In this document: piece by piece, positions 18,503-27,667 of the stretch
Layout: each line of letters begins with the position of its first letter
Numbering within the stretch: position 1 is the first letter of the stretch
Virus record (IMG/VR): IMGVR_UViG_3300028603_000024
Coordinates: 1-64,000 of that record
Length of the DNA stretch: 64,000 nucleotides
Origin: a virus
Lineage: Duplodnaviria; Caudoviricetes
Direction: 5' to 3' (one strand)
Translations under genes and position numbers: made by a program
Notes under the pieces: model-generated
What the model saw: only the letters and a program-made list of their open reading frames with translations
Database searches by the model: none
What the model was told of the DNA's origin: nothing

Positions 18503-19678
18503 TTATCGAGGGGGAGTGGGCGTTTGCAAATCTTTCCCGACAGTGGCGGCCGGCAGGGGTACCGAGAAGCTCGTCTCCAGTCCCTCGCGAGTCACGGGCA
18601 CGCCGATCTCTGCCGCCTTACGTTCCCACAACCGAAGTTCTTCGTCGGTTACGTCGGGTTGTCGCCGATCCGGTTTTGCCCCCGTCGCCCGCAGGCCGAA
18701 GCCCTGCATGACTCGTTCAAAAACGTCGGAGGCCACTTTACGAGACGCAAAGGCGGCTTCTAACTTCTCGGGATCAATCAACCCGTCGGCGTCTGCTACA
18801 TCCTCCGCTGTGGGTACCACGTCAGCGGGGATTGTCGCAAGGGCCGCTTTCGGGTAGAGGCCGCCGAGGTCCACAAAGCTGTTCGCCACCGCGGCGGCCT
18901 TGGTGTTACCGAAGGGGCAGAGATCCTCCTCGGGGGTACCGGAGGTGTTCCAGACGTCAAGGGCCTCAACGACGGGCTCCAGGAGGCCCAAGGCTTCCTC
19001 GTGGCTCGTTACCCGGGCCACGTGCGAGGCGGCCTTGAAGAGCTCTACGGCCTCGCGAGGGTGGTTACGAGCGATGAGGTCGGCGGTGTCGGCCAACATG
19101 CGGGCCATCTTGTCGGTGTCGGGCACGGCGAGGCCCGCTATGCGTTCCAAGGTATCCCGTGTCTCGGGGTCCACCGCGGCACCGGTGCTCAGGAGGGCCG
19201 TAGCGGCCGTTTTACGCATCCGGTAAGGCAGCCTGGCCCGATCCGCGAGAAACTGCTCAACCGCCCTCTCGGGGTTGTCGAGGCTGTAAAGACTCATGGC
19301 GGGTACAGCAAAGCCCGCCGAGGCCCGCTTCTCCGAACCCTCGCCCGCCGCGCCTGCTACGGCGGCCCGTACCTGCTCCCAGTCGTAGCGAGCTTCGTGG
19401 AGACTGGCAGCCTTGTCTAAGGCCTCCTGGAGGCGGCTGAAGCGTTGCGGCGCTATCACGTCGCGTTGAATCTCAATGCTGGCCGCTGACTTGAGAAACT
19501 CCTCCCGTGTCGAGAGCGGCCAGAGCTTGGCATGATCGTCGGCGAACAGGAAAGCGTCGCCGCCCAAGTTAAGCTCCCCGGCCTTCTTGTTGACCAGGCC
19601 GGCCTGGCTTAGTACGCTGTTAATCAGGAGCAGGTGTGCTCCAGACGGTTCCCTTTGGTCCACAGGTGATGCGGTCAT
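18503..19678 (-). CDS. K-x-A-rich protein, putative internal head protein
   Basis: ATG 19678 with GGAGG SD; 11 of 16 lysines have Ala at +2. Confidence 0.7.
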   Translation of the reverse strand: MTASPVDQREPSGAHLLLINSVLSQAGLVNKKAGELNLGGDAFLFADDHAKLWPLSTREEFLKSAASIEIQRDVIAPQRFSRLQEALDKAASLHEARYDWEQVRAAVAGAAGEGSEKRASAGFAVPAMSLYSLDNPERAVEQFLADRARLPYRMRKTAATALLSTGAAVDPETRDTLERIAGLAVPDTDKMARMLADTADLIARNHPREAVELFKAASHVARVTSHEEALGLLEPVVEALDVWNTSGTPEEDLCPFGNTKAAAVANSFVDLGGLYPKAALATIPADVVPTAEDVADADGLIDPEKLEAAFASRKVASDVFERVMQGFGLRATGAKPDRRQPDVTDEELRLWERKAAEIGVPVTREGLETSFSVPLPAATVGKDLQTPTPPR

Positions 19679-22280
19679 GAGCGCCTCCGTGTCGAGTAAT
19701 CTTAATAAATTCGTTCCCGCCCCGCTTGTCATTGACATCCTGGGCTTGGCTCGTCGAGGGCATACGTCGGCACCTGTCATGTGCCCTCTTTGTCAAACAC
19801 GAAACCTGCTGGTCTCTGCCGACCCGCTCGGGGGGAGCCGTTTCCACTGTCTACATTGTCGCATGAGTCGAGATAGTGTGCAACTTTACGCCGCAGCTCG
19901 GGAGATCCCGGTACGGGAGGCGTTGGACGAATTAAGTCAACGCACCGCGCTGCCGCGTCGCATGTTATCCAAGTGGGCCAGGGATTACCAGACACTGCTG
20001 CTGGATCCGCTGGATCGGGTTATGGCCGTATTGCAGGAAGGCCGGCGCCGAATCCTGCGGCGTAAGAGCGGCCACGTCAGCGGTGCCGCTCGAGCGTTGC
20101 AAGCGTGGCCCGGTTCGGACATCGAAACTCTGTCTCGAACCCTCGGGCAGGTTTTCAGCGATGTGTCGCGACCCGACCTTGTTGCCGCAATGCGGCCTTG
20201 GCGGCTCAAAACGGGGCGTAGAAAATTCCGAGATATGATCGTTATTCCCGGTTGTGACGTCGTCGGCAGGCCTCGCAGCCTGCAGATTTATGACGCCGGC
20301 GGTAACGAGTATGAAGTTGTTTTCCCTCTCTTTAACGAGGTTGACAATAAAATAGATGTCGGCTTATGCCTGCTTGACCAGGTCAGCCCCGAAGGACCCA
20401 TATTCTGTGTCCCCGGCGGTAAGCTCGCCTCACACCTCTATTGTCGACACTACGCCGATAGCCTTGAGCCCTTCTCCGTGGTTGGCTGGAACTCCGGAAC
20501 CTTGGCCTCTTCCTGGTATAGTCTTCGACACCGGGAAAAATATTTCTGGTCCTCGACCTGCACAATCGACACCTTTCACCAAGCTCGGTTGGCGGGCTAC
20601 GCAGCCGTGGCCCTGGATCCCCAGATAACCGCCGACGACCCCTTGATACGGTTGCGGCGGATGGGGGTTGCGGCGTGGCGACGAACGGTGCTCAAGACGG
20701 CCCAAGCTTGGGAGATAGCCTTAGGGCAATGGCTCTTGGCTCGTAGTGACCACGAAGCTCAATCAGCCGTAATTGACTTGGCCCTGGATAATGACGAGGC
20801 TCGTTTAGTCGTCGAGGCCGTCACAGGCGCCGATAAGACCCGATTGAACCACATATTGGAGATGGCGGAACGAGAGAATAGCGTAGTACTGGAGGGCGCC
20901 GCCGTGGTGCAAGCCAACGACGCTTGGGTTGAAGCAACCCCCGGAGGGCCGCAGCAGATAAGCGATGTTGTGATTCACCTCGACAGAATACAGCACCCCG
21001 TCGCCGGCGGACCGGACTATCTTGTCGGTTACGTAGGCGTGGAAGGAGACATAGAGCCCTTCCGGGAAACTTTGGAAGCTGTTCGTAACAACACGCTCGG
21101 CTGGCTCACCCGCTTTCTGATAAGCAGGAATCGAAAGCTGCCCCAAGTGGCCTCTCGTTGGTCCAGTCGCCTGTTCGCAGTCGCCCAAGCGTTTCATAAC
21201 CCAGAAATAGTACCCTGCCTCGACCGCGTCGGTTATGTGCCGGATTACGGTATCGTCTTTCCTCGTTTTATAGTCCGGGACGGAGAAATGCTGACCGAGG
21301 GACCGCTGCCGGATCTGGCAGGGGCCGTACCGGGTCAGAACCTGGAGGCCCCGAAACTGACAACGGCGATCCCGGCCCTGGGCATGGCTACAGATACCTC
21401 AGCTGCGGTGTGGGCCGTCCTCCTGACGTTGCTTGGTAACGCCGATGCCCAGATGCGAGGCGCCGAGAGCAAGGGTGTGATCGTCTTAACCAGCGGTGAG
21501 GAGGACGTCGCCTGTCAGGCCGTTGATCTGCTATCTTCTGCCCTCGGTCTGCCTTGGGTAACGCCGTCTGACGCTAAACAGTTAACGTCGCTGGATTCGG
21601 GGCATCTGCTACCCCCCGTGATAGATCTGCGAACCCCCTGTTGCGAAGATCTATTGGCCTATCTCGCGACGCCGGAGCCAAAAAGTCTGCTTTTTCTGGC
21701 GACTGACCTGACTCCGTGGCAGGAACTGGGGCTGGGGGGTTGGACCGTGATAGATAATTGTTTCAGCGGTAATCTGAAGCCGTTCCCGCACGAACATATT
21801 CCGGCACTGCTCGTTGGCGGCTTAATCCGACTGCAACGAAACTTGAGCGACCGAGATACGACGGTGGAAACGCCGGAGTTGTTCGAGGAGGTATTCAAAG
21901 GTTATCCTTGGACCTCCGAAACCTTCCTTAAGGCTGAAGCGGTTTTACGGGATCGCCTGCCGGCAATATTCGCTGGAGATATCCGACGGGCCGGTAATAC
22001 CGCAACAGACACGGATCGTAGCTTGGCCCCGCTCTTTTACGTCGATCGTATGAGCCCCGGCCGTGTCAAGGAGGAGGGTCAAACGGTGTCTATACCGGCA
22101 GGAGCGATGCTCAAAACCTTCGCGGAGTTAACGAAGCATAAGCCGGCACTATCCACAATCCGCTACCTGCTCAGAGAAGCCGGATTACTTCAAGGAATGC
22201 CGGGCACGTCAATAGACATGAGCGCCGCGGACTGGTCCGCAGCCCGCGGTCGTTACTTATCCCTGCTCCCGGATAGCTAA
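19677..22280 (+). CDS. Large protein with N-terminal primase-like Zn finger and degenerate DnaG-like region
   Basis: CPLC...FHCLHC...REALDEL Zn domain; MIVIPGCDVVGR; start ATG 19677 with AGGTG SD. Confidence 0.65.
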   Translation: MSASVSSNLNKFVPAPLVIDILGLARRGHTSAPVMCPLCQTRNLLVSADPLGGSRFHCLHCRMSRDSVQLYAAAREIPVREALDELSQRTALPRRMLSKWARDYQTLLLDPLDRVMAVLQEGRRRILRRKSGHVSGAARALQAWPGSDIETLSRTLGQVFSDVSRPDLVAAMRPWRLKTGRRKFRDMIVIPGCDVVGRPRSLQIYDAGGNEYEVVFPLFNEVDNKIDVGLCLLDQVSPEGPIFCVPGGKLASHLYCRHYADSLEPFSVVGWNSGTLASSWYSLRHREKYFWSSTCTIDTFHQARLAGYAAVALDPQITADDPLIRLRRMGVAAWRRTVLKTAQAWEIALGQWLLARSDHEAQSAVIDLALDNDEARLVVEAVTGADKTRLNHILEMAERENSVVLEGAAVVQANDAWVEATPGGPQQISDVVIHLDRIQHPVAGGPDYLVGYVGVEGDIEPFRETLEAVRNNTLGWLTRFLISRNRKLPQVASRWSSRLFAVAQAFHNPEIVPCLDRVGYVPDYGIVFPRFIVRDGEMLTEGPLPDLAGAVPGQNLEAPKLTTAIPALGMATDTSAAVWAVLLTLLGNADAQMRGAESKGVIVLTSGEEDVACQAVDLLSSALGLPWVTPSDAKQLTSLDSGHLLPPVIDLRTPCCEDLLAYLATPEPKSLLFLATDLTPWQELGLGGWTVIDNCFSGNLKPFPHEHIPALLVGGLIRLQRNLSDRDTTVETPELFEEVFKGYPWTSETFLKAEAVLRDRLPAIFAGDIRRAGNTATDTDRSLAPLFYVDRMSPGRVKEEGQTVSIPAGAMLKTFAELTKHKPALSTIRYLLREAGLLQGMPGTSIDMSAADWSAARGRYLSLLPDS

Positions 22281-22324
22281 AAACAAGTCCGAAGATATCT
22301 AAGATCCCCGGGCTTGTTTTTTTT
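22278..22324. terminator. Probable bidirectional terminator between convergent arms
   Basis: AAACAAGTCCG/CGGGCTTGTTT stem with an A-tract before and T8 after. Confidence 0.7.
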
Positions 22325-22329
22325 AGACG

Positions 22330-22515
22330 TCAGACGGTTACCGGCTCCTGAGCCGCAGTCGTAACCGACGACGTCGTGGAGTCCGGCGGCGTTGCTGCCG
22401 GACGGCCATACAGAAGGTTGAGAAGATCTCGGGCCGTGGCCCAGTCACCTCTCAGTTGTGCCGCAGCAATTCTCCTCGCTATCGGTGTGTCTTGTTCGTG
22501 TTTACGCAGTACCAT
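22330..22515 (-). CDS. Small hypothetical protein
   Basis: 61-aa ORF with AAAGGGG SD, ending at the terminator. Confidence 0.55.
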   Translation of the reverse strand: MVLRKHEQDTPIARRIAAAQLRGDWATARDLLNLLYGRPAATPPDSTTSSVTTAAQEPVTV

Positions 22516-22628
22516 GAAAAACCCCTTTCTCTGCGACCTATGGAATAACAGCGAACTCGCAGAGCCGGTTCGCTGCCTCGCTGAAGCTAAAACATCAGCA
22601 CTAATTTATAACAATAAAGGGGTGTAAA

Positions 22629-22940
22629 TTAAGCTGTCGCAGCTCTGGAAATCAGAACCACGGAGCGAGATGCACGGGAGTCGGGGAAGCCTTTGATAAC
22701 ATCCACGTTCAGCGCATCCAATATTAGGAGCTGACTCCGGGAGGATAGTGTGGGTAGGAGGGCCACCAGCCTTTCCTGCTGATTAACAGTTACGCGGTTA
22801 CGTCGGTCTCCGCAACCGCTACAGGGGGCTTTTCCTGTCTTCTGTTTCCGCAACGGCGACAACTCAGGCAGGCCGGCTATGGGAGCCAGAGTAAGTATAT
22901 TACGTGCCACGCTGTTGGTTAAGAATAGCTCCCGCATCAC
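22629..22940 (-). CDS. Hypothetical protein with CSGC motif
   Basis: Overlap-coupled to the upstream gene. Confidence 0.65.
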   Translation of the reverse strand: MMRELFLTNSVARNILTLAPIAGLPELSPLRKQKTGKAPCSGCGDRRNRVTVNQQERLVALLPTLSSRSQLLILDALNVDVIKGFPDSRASRSVVLISRAATA

Positions 22941-23428
22941 ATCATTCCCCCGCCCTCGCTGCTCTGCTGTTGGGAGGTGAAGTTCCAGACCACGGTGGCA
23001 TCATCCCGGGTCTGTGCCAGCGACTCCAAATTCTCTAATAACAGCCGAACGCGGCGAACTATTGCAGCCCTCGCCGCGGCGAGTCTGACTGCGGTGGGAA
23101 AGTAAAGGTCCACGGAGGCCCGACGACAGAAATTTCCGAGGTCTGCCTGAACCTCGTCGATCGGCAGGGTAGACAGATGCAGGGCCGTGGCCACGGTCAC
23201 AAACCGCAGTTGACGCTCCGGCCGCCCCGCTACGGGCGGAACGGACTCGTAAACGAAAATGTGCGGATCGATGTTGGCGTAATCCGTGACTTCCGCCGTT
23301 AACCTATAAGCCATCTCGGGGATGTTGTCGATATTCTCGGAGACACCGAAACGAACGCTAAGGGTGCCGGGGGACACTGTCTCTTCAAGGGGTTCGTCCG
23401 TTGCCGCGGTTTCATATTCTGTAACCAT
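22937..23428 (-). CDS. Hypothetical protein
   Basis: In the operon; AAGGA SD. Confidence 0.7.
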   Translation of the reverse strand: MVTEYETAATDEPLEETVSPGTLSVRFGVSENIDNIPEMAYRLTAEVTDYANIDPHIFVYESVPPVAGRPERQLRFVTVATALHLSTLPIDEVQADLGNFCRRASVDLYFPTAVRLAAARAAIVRRVRLLLENLESLAQTRDDATVVWNFTSQQQSSEGGGMM

Positions 23429-23437
23429 ACCTGTTCC

Positions 23438-24073
23438 TTAAAGTCGACCGAAGCCGGCGTACGCTGTCCAGGTTGCGCCTCCCACCGTTATAGGCGCGGA
23501 GACCACAAAAGACGTAGAACGTCCGAGAGCAGCAGAGAGAGAGAAACTGCGGCGTCTACCGACTTCTGTGAAGCCCGATGCGGCCAGATACGTAGCCACC
23601 GTTGCCCCGGTGCCGGCGTTGAGTATTTCAACGTTCCCGGCAGTCCAGGCGTCAAGAGGCAAGGGCACCCCGTTCCTGTCGAGCCATAAGCTGACCACCA
23701 AGGTGCCGTCGGCGTAGGACAGGGCTGCCGCCAACGTTAATACCGGCTCATGTAGGAGACCGATCCGCAGTTGCCCCGAAACCTCCCCTTGGTCGTCCGT
23801 TCTACTCAGGGAGACGGTGACAGTTTCCTCCCCTGACACCACGTGATCCTCCCGGACGAACCAGCAGGTTTGTGCCTCCCCAGCACAGTGTTGCGTGACG
23901 TTGCCGCCTCTCTCGTCATCAATCTCCAGCCGATATTCTCCGACAGGGAGCGTCGCAACGACTTCCACGAGCAGCTTGGAGGGCTCTGCTATTGCGGGAA
24001 CCTCGACGGTGCCGAGCAGGGCGCCGCCGGCGAAGGGCAGGTCGTAGAAAGATTCCTCAAGTATGATTCTCAT
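23438..24073 (-). CDS. Beta-rich hypothetical protein (possibly virion)
   Basis: ATGA coupling with the glycosyltransferase gene. Confidence 0.65.
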   Translation of the reverse strand: MRIILEESFYDLPFAGGALLGTVEVPAIAEPSKLLVEVVATLPVGEYRLEIDDERGGNVTQHCAGEAQTCWFVREDHVVSGEETVTVSLSRTDDQGEVSGQLRIGLLHEPVLTLAAALSYADGTLVVSLWLDRNGVPLPLDAWTAGNVEILNAGTGATVATYLAASGFTEVGRRRSFSLSAALGRSTSFVVSAPITVGGATWTAYAGFGRL

Positions 24074-25959
24074 CGTAGTCGCTGCTTTCTGTCGCTGTAT
24101 TTGGCTCTCAGCTTGCCCCGTGACTTCATTGTACCATATCTCTTAAGGGCCGGCGGGGGCATAGACACACCTCGTCGCGGCGTGTTATGCTGGTCCAGCA
24201 GAGGGCCGAAGTCGCATAGTTCCCAGCGCCTCTGCAGCATCGCAACCCCTAAGGCTACATCGCCGCCGTTATGTTTAATACCTTCATCGGGCCAATCCAG
24301 TTCCTTCAGGTCAGCGACCCGGGCAGCCCAGGCACCGCCGGTGATAAATCGAGCCTGCCCCGCGAAGGCCCCCTTGGCAATACTTAAGGGTACCCCTCTC
24401 CACCAGGGACGGCTCTTCATCCATCTCAACTGCGGCTCGGTGACGTTGATTCGATACAGACGGCCAAAACAGCGGGCCTGCGGATTCTTCTCGATGACGT
24501 CCCATACCCGTTCGAGCCAGTCTTCCCGGGTCAATAGGACATCGTCATCCAACCATAACACCCAATCACTATCGAGCGGCTTCCGGGGGTCGTAGAACAT
24601 CTCCCGCATCCGAGGGTATTTCAGCCTGTTCTCGTTGGGGCCGTACACTGTAAGATCGTACCGCGAACTGATTGCCTGCAGAAGATGTAAGGTGGCGGGG
24701 GAGACGTCATTGGTTGCGACACGAAGAGACGCCGCCGAGGCTGGCACACTCCGCAGCAGCCCGTCGAGGAATCGCGTGTGCAGATCCTCAAACCTTGCCA
24801 GCTCCCCGGCTCCATCGCGGTAGGTCTCATTCCCGGGGCCGCCGCCGTAAAGCGCGGCGCAGATCGTCAAGGAGCCCCGAGAACGCAGCGGCGGCTTGGT
24901 GATCGTCGGAGCAGCCGCGGAGGGCGTTCCAAACACGGAGGGGCAGCTCAGGATGGGCCAACTATGAGGACGGGGCGGCGAAGGCGATAAATACTCCTCA
25001 ACGGCGGCGATTACGGCTTCACTGGGTATTTCATGCATGCAGCGGGCTACGGAGATAACGTTACCCTCCGCACCGGCTCGCAGGGGCTGCAGGCAGGGAG
25101 ATTTGCCCCGCTGCGTGGTGGTGGCTCGGTAGCAGCCTGTGGTGCGGCAGCAGTCATAGTCCCCGATGGTATGTAAGTAGGTGGAGAGGGGGTAATGTTC
25201 CCACCACCACATCTCCCGCCCGCCGGCGATGACGACGGAGGGCTTGTCGAAAGCCGCCGCGATATGCATGGCGGCCGTGATGGGACAGACCACGCCGTCC
25301 GCGTGGGCTATGACTTGAATAAACTCTCGAGCCGTTGTTTTACCCACCAAGTTGACGGTACCCGATAAGTTCGCGTGGTAATCTGATCGGCCCCCGCACT
25401 GCACGAAGTTAACGCGTCCCTGCAATCCGTCGACCACGGCTTGGTAGCTTAATCGATCCCACCACTTCGTAGGCATGTCAGCCTTGCCGCCCGCCATCAT
25501 AACCCAGTAGGGCCGCTTCAGGCCCCGCGGCGGAGCAGCAGCCTCGGCTCGGGAGAGATAAAGATCAGGCTTTGGTTTAGTGAGACGTACCTTGACGTCA
25601 TGACGCGCCCCGACAACGGCGTTAAAATATTCTATATAACCCTCCATGAAGTGCATCCTGCGACTCTTGGCGGCCTTAAATTGTTCTCCGTAATGCATCG
25701 TTACAGCTTGAGATCCCGGCGGCCGAGGAACCCGGGAGATATACGGGTTGTAAGCCCAGACAGCATTAGAAAAGCTGGTGCTGGGCATGGTCCGGAATTG
25801 CCCCGGGTAAAGCAGGTGCAGGTCTCGCACCAGGGCCGTCATGACGACAACGTCACCGAGGGCTTGTCGTTGCAGCAGAATAAGATCGGTTGTGGGGCCG
25901 TCCTTGGCCATTATTTTCTTCCCCGGGTTGTGCGACTCTATACCGATACGTAGCTGCAT
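24070..25959 (-). CDS. Two-domain glycosyltransferase: GT9 (heptosyltransferase-like) plus C-terminal GT2/GT-A domain
   Basis: ALGDVVVMTALVRDL, KPDLYLS, TKWW, NLVGKT, AAMHIAAAFDKPSVVI (GT9); WVLWLDDDV DxD motif (GT-A). Confidence 0.85.
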   Translation of the reverse strand: MQLRIGIESHNPGKKIMAKDGPTTDLILLQRQALGDVVVMTALVRDLHLLYPGQFRTMPSTSFSNAVWAYNPYISRVPRPPGSQAVTMHYGEQFKAAKSRRMHFMEGYIEYFNAVVGARHDVKVRLTKPKPDLYLSRAEAAAPPRGLKRPYWVMMAGGKADMPTKWWDRLSYQAVVDGLQGRVNFVQCGGRSDYHANLSGTVNLVGKTTAREFIQVIAHADGVVCPITAAMHIAAAFDKPSVVIAGGREMWWWEHYPLSTYLHTIGDYDCCRTTGCYRATTTQRGKSPCLQPLRAGAEGNVISVARCMHEIPSEAVIAAVEEYLSPSPPRPHSWPILSCPSVFGTPSAAAPTITKPPLRSRGSLTICAALYGGGPGNETYRDGAGELARFEDLHTRFLDGLLRSVPASAASLRVATNDVSPATLHLLQAISSRYDLTVYGPNENRLKYPRMREMFYDPRKPLDSDWVLWLDDDVLLTREDWLERVWDVIEKNPQARCFGRLYRINVTEPQLRWMKSRPWWRGVPLSIAKGAFAGQARFITGGAWAARVADLKELDWPDEGIKHNGGDVALGVAMLQRRWELCDFGPLLDQHNTPRRGVSMPPPALKRYGTMKSRGKLRAKYSDRKQRLR

Positions 25960-26957
25960 GGGATTTTAACGAATACATACGCTGTCGGATCTTCTCCCCA
26001 CCGCCAGCCCTGATGCCAATCACTGCCCAACGGCATGCCGTCCCAGCCTGTCGGCGGGCCACTCCATGCGGTTGGATCAGCTGTCTCATTTTGGAATTCA
26101 AGTGTTATCGACGCTGTTCCGCCAGCAAACTGGAAAAGTTCCGGATCAATTTCAATGTCATGGACTGCGCCCCCAATCCCCGCATTAAATGACCCAACAG
26201 TCGTACTTCCAATCTTTAACAACGGTGTGAATGTTGGAGAATTAACATCGGCGTGCTCAACGATTCGAATTATCACCCGTTCGTACAGTCTACTGACCGG
26301 CCACCCAGGCCAAGTCGCTGTGATGGTCTTTATACAACTGGCCTCAACTTCGTATAACATATGAGGGGGGTCTGATATCTGATACGCAAAGCCACTGCGA
26401 CCAAACATCATCGGTGGTGCCAATGTCTCAAGGCCCGGAGTTGATAACCCACCAAATGCGGCGGCTCTTAAAGACTCAAAGGTGCTATCCCATGCCGAAA
26501 CATTGTTAACCAGCGTATCCGAACTCGCCCCCGGCGTATGAAACTCACTCCGCAATATCCGCATCAAATCAACCATGCGTGCCGCATCGTTGGGCACATG
26601 AATATGCACCAACGGCGTATTTGTAGCCAGCGGCCACGCCGGGGAAATTCCCAGTTTGGAGAACGGGTCGATCTCATTAACCCCAGCTGGGTATCTATAG
26701 AGCTTCAAAGTTGATTCATCGTACCATCGGCACCCAAACATCAAATCTGTAATGGCAGATCGCACGGTGTATACATGATTAACTCTCCCACTTGTTATCT
26801 CATCAAAACATCCCAACCATGCTGGATCGGCGCTTTCAAATACTGAGTATGTGTCAGACAGCTCGCCATGCCTTTCGAGGATGGCCTCGCGGATTTCATT
26901 CCACTCCGCGAAGCCTGGCTTGGTGTCGCCGTCAACTGGGATTACGGAGTAAGCCAT
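25938..26957 (-). CDS. Putative tail-fibre/receptor-binding-associated protein (lower GC)
   Basis: Distal end of the tail-fibre cluster; EWNEIREAI N-terminus; compositionally distinct. Confidence 0.55.
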   Translation of the reverse strand: MAYSVIPVDGDTKPGFAEWNEIREAILERHGELSDTYSVFESADPAWLGCFDEITSGRVNHVYTVRSAITDLMFGCRWYDESTLKLYRYPAGVNEIDPFSKLGISPAWPLATNTPLVHIHVPNDAARMVDLMRILRSEFHTPGASSDTLVNNVSAWDSTFESLRAAAFGGLSTPGLETLAPPMMFGRSGFAYQISDPPHMLYEVEASCIKTITATWPGWPVSRLYERVIIRIVEHADVNSPTFTPLLKIGSTTVGSFNAGIGGAVHDIEIDPELFQFAGGTASITLEFQNETADPTAWSGPPTGWDGMPLGSDWHQGWRWGEDPTAYVFVKIPCSYVSV

Positions 26958-27664
26958 CAGGGGGCATCCGAATAGTAGATACCAACATTGGGGACATGTT
27001 CCACGTAGTATACCCCATCTCGTCGTCGTAGTCCAAGCACGTCATCTGCTTCTACCGAAACTCTAATCTGACCGCCTTGATTCCAGAGTTGGGCTTGAAC
27101 CTCGACGGGAGTACCCTCCACCGTCCCATCCCGATCTACACAGATCACTAAGGCGACAGTATTCCAGCCGTTGTTCAGTGACTCCTCCCCGGTTATCGAT
27201 TTAGCCCAAGTCCACTCCGCGTCAGCTTCCTCGGACACCGGGGCCTCGAAAACGATGAATACAAGATCGGCCCTGTGCAGCCCCAGGAGGCAGGGGTCGC
27301 CGACAGCCGCGGGGAGAGCTGCGACATCATCACGTCGGTTCGAGGGTGCGGTGAAGTCGCTGATAACGAAGATGCCGCTTTCGTCTCTCGCTTTATACTT
27401 ATGAGTGCAGGGCGGTCCATCAACTCCGGCGGGATCTACGGCAGTGATAACGCCGGTGTAGACCCCGCCGACCACCCCGAGTTCCTGCGCCACCTTGGGC
27501 GGAGGAGGCACGGCGAGCGCTTCCAGACTCATGGCTCGAAAGATGCGACCCTCGGGAGCGAGGGGTACGTCACAGCTCTCCAACCCGTAATCGAGGGGAT
27601 CTATAGAGCTGGGGTTATCAAAGTCTTCCCCGAAACAAAGTTTATTTCGAAAGGCGTTAATCAT
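26957..27664 (-). CDS. Putative tail-associated protein
   Basis: Position in the tail cluster. Confidence 0.55.
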   Translation of the reverse strand: MINAFRNKLCFGEDFDNPSSIDPLDYGLESCDVPLAPEGRIFRAMSLEALAVPPPPKVAQELGVVGGVYTGVITAVDPAGVDGPPCTHKYKARDESGIFVISDFTAPSNRRDDVAALPAAVGDPCLLGLHRADLVFIVFEAPVSEEADAEWTWAKSITGEESLNNGWNTVALVICVDRDGTVEGTPVEVQAQLWNQGGQIRVSVEADDVLGLRRRDGVYYVEHVPNVGIYYSDAP

Positions 27665-27667
27665 TCT

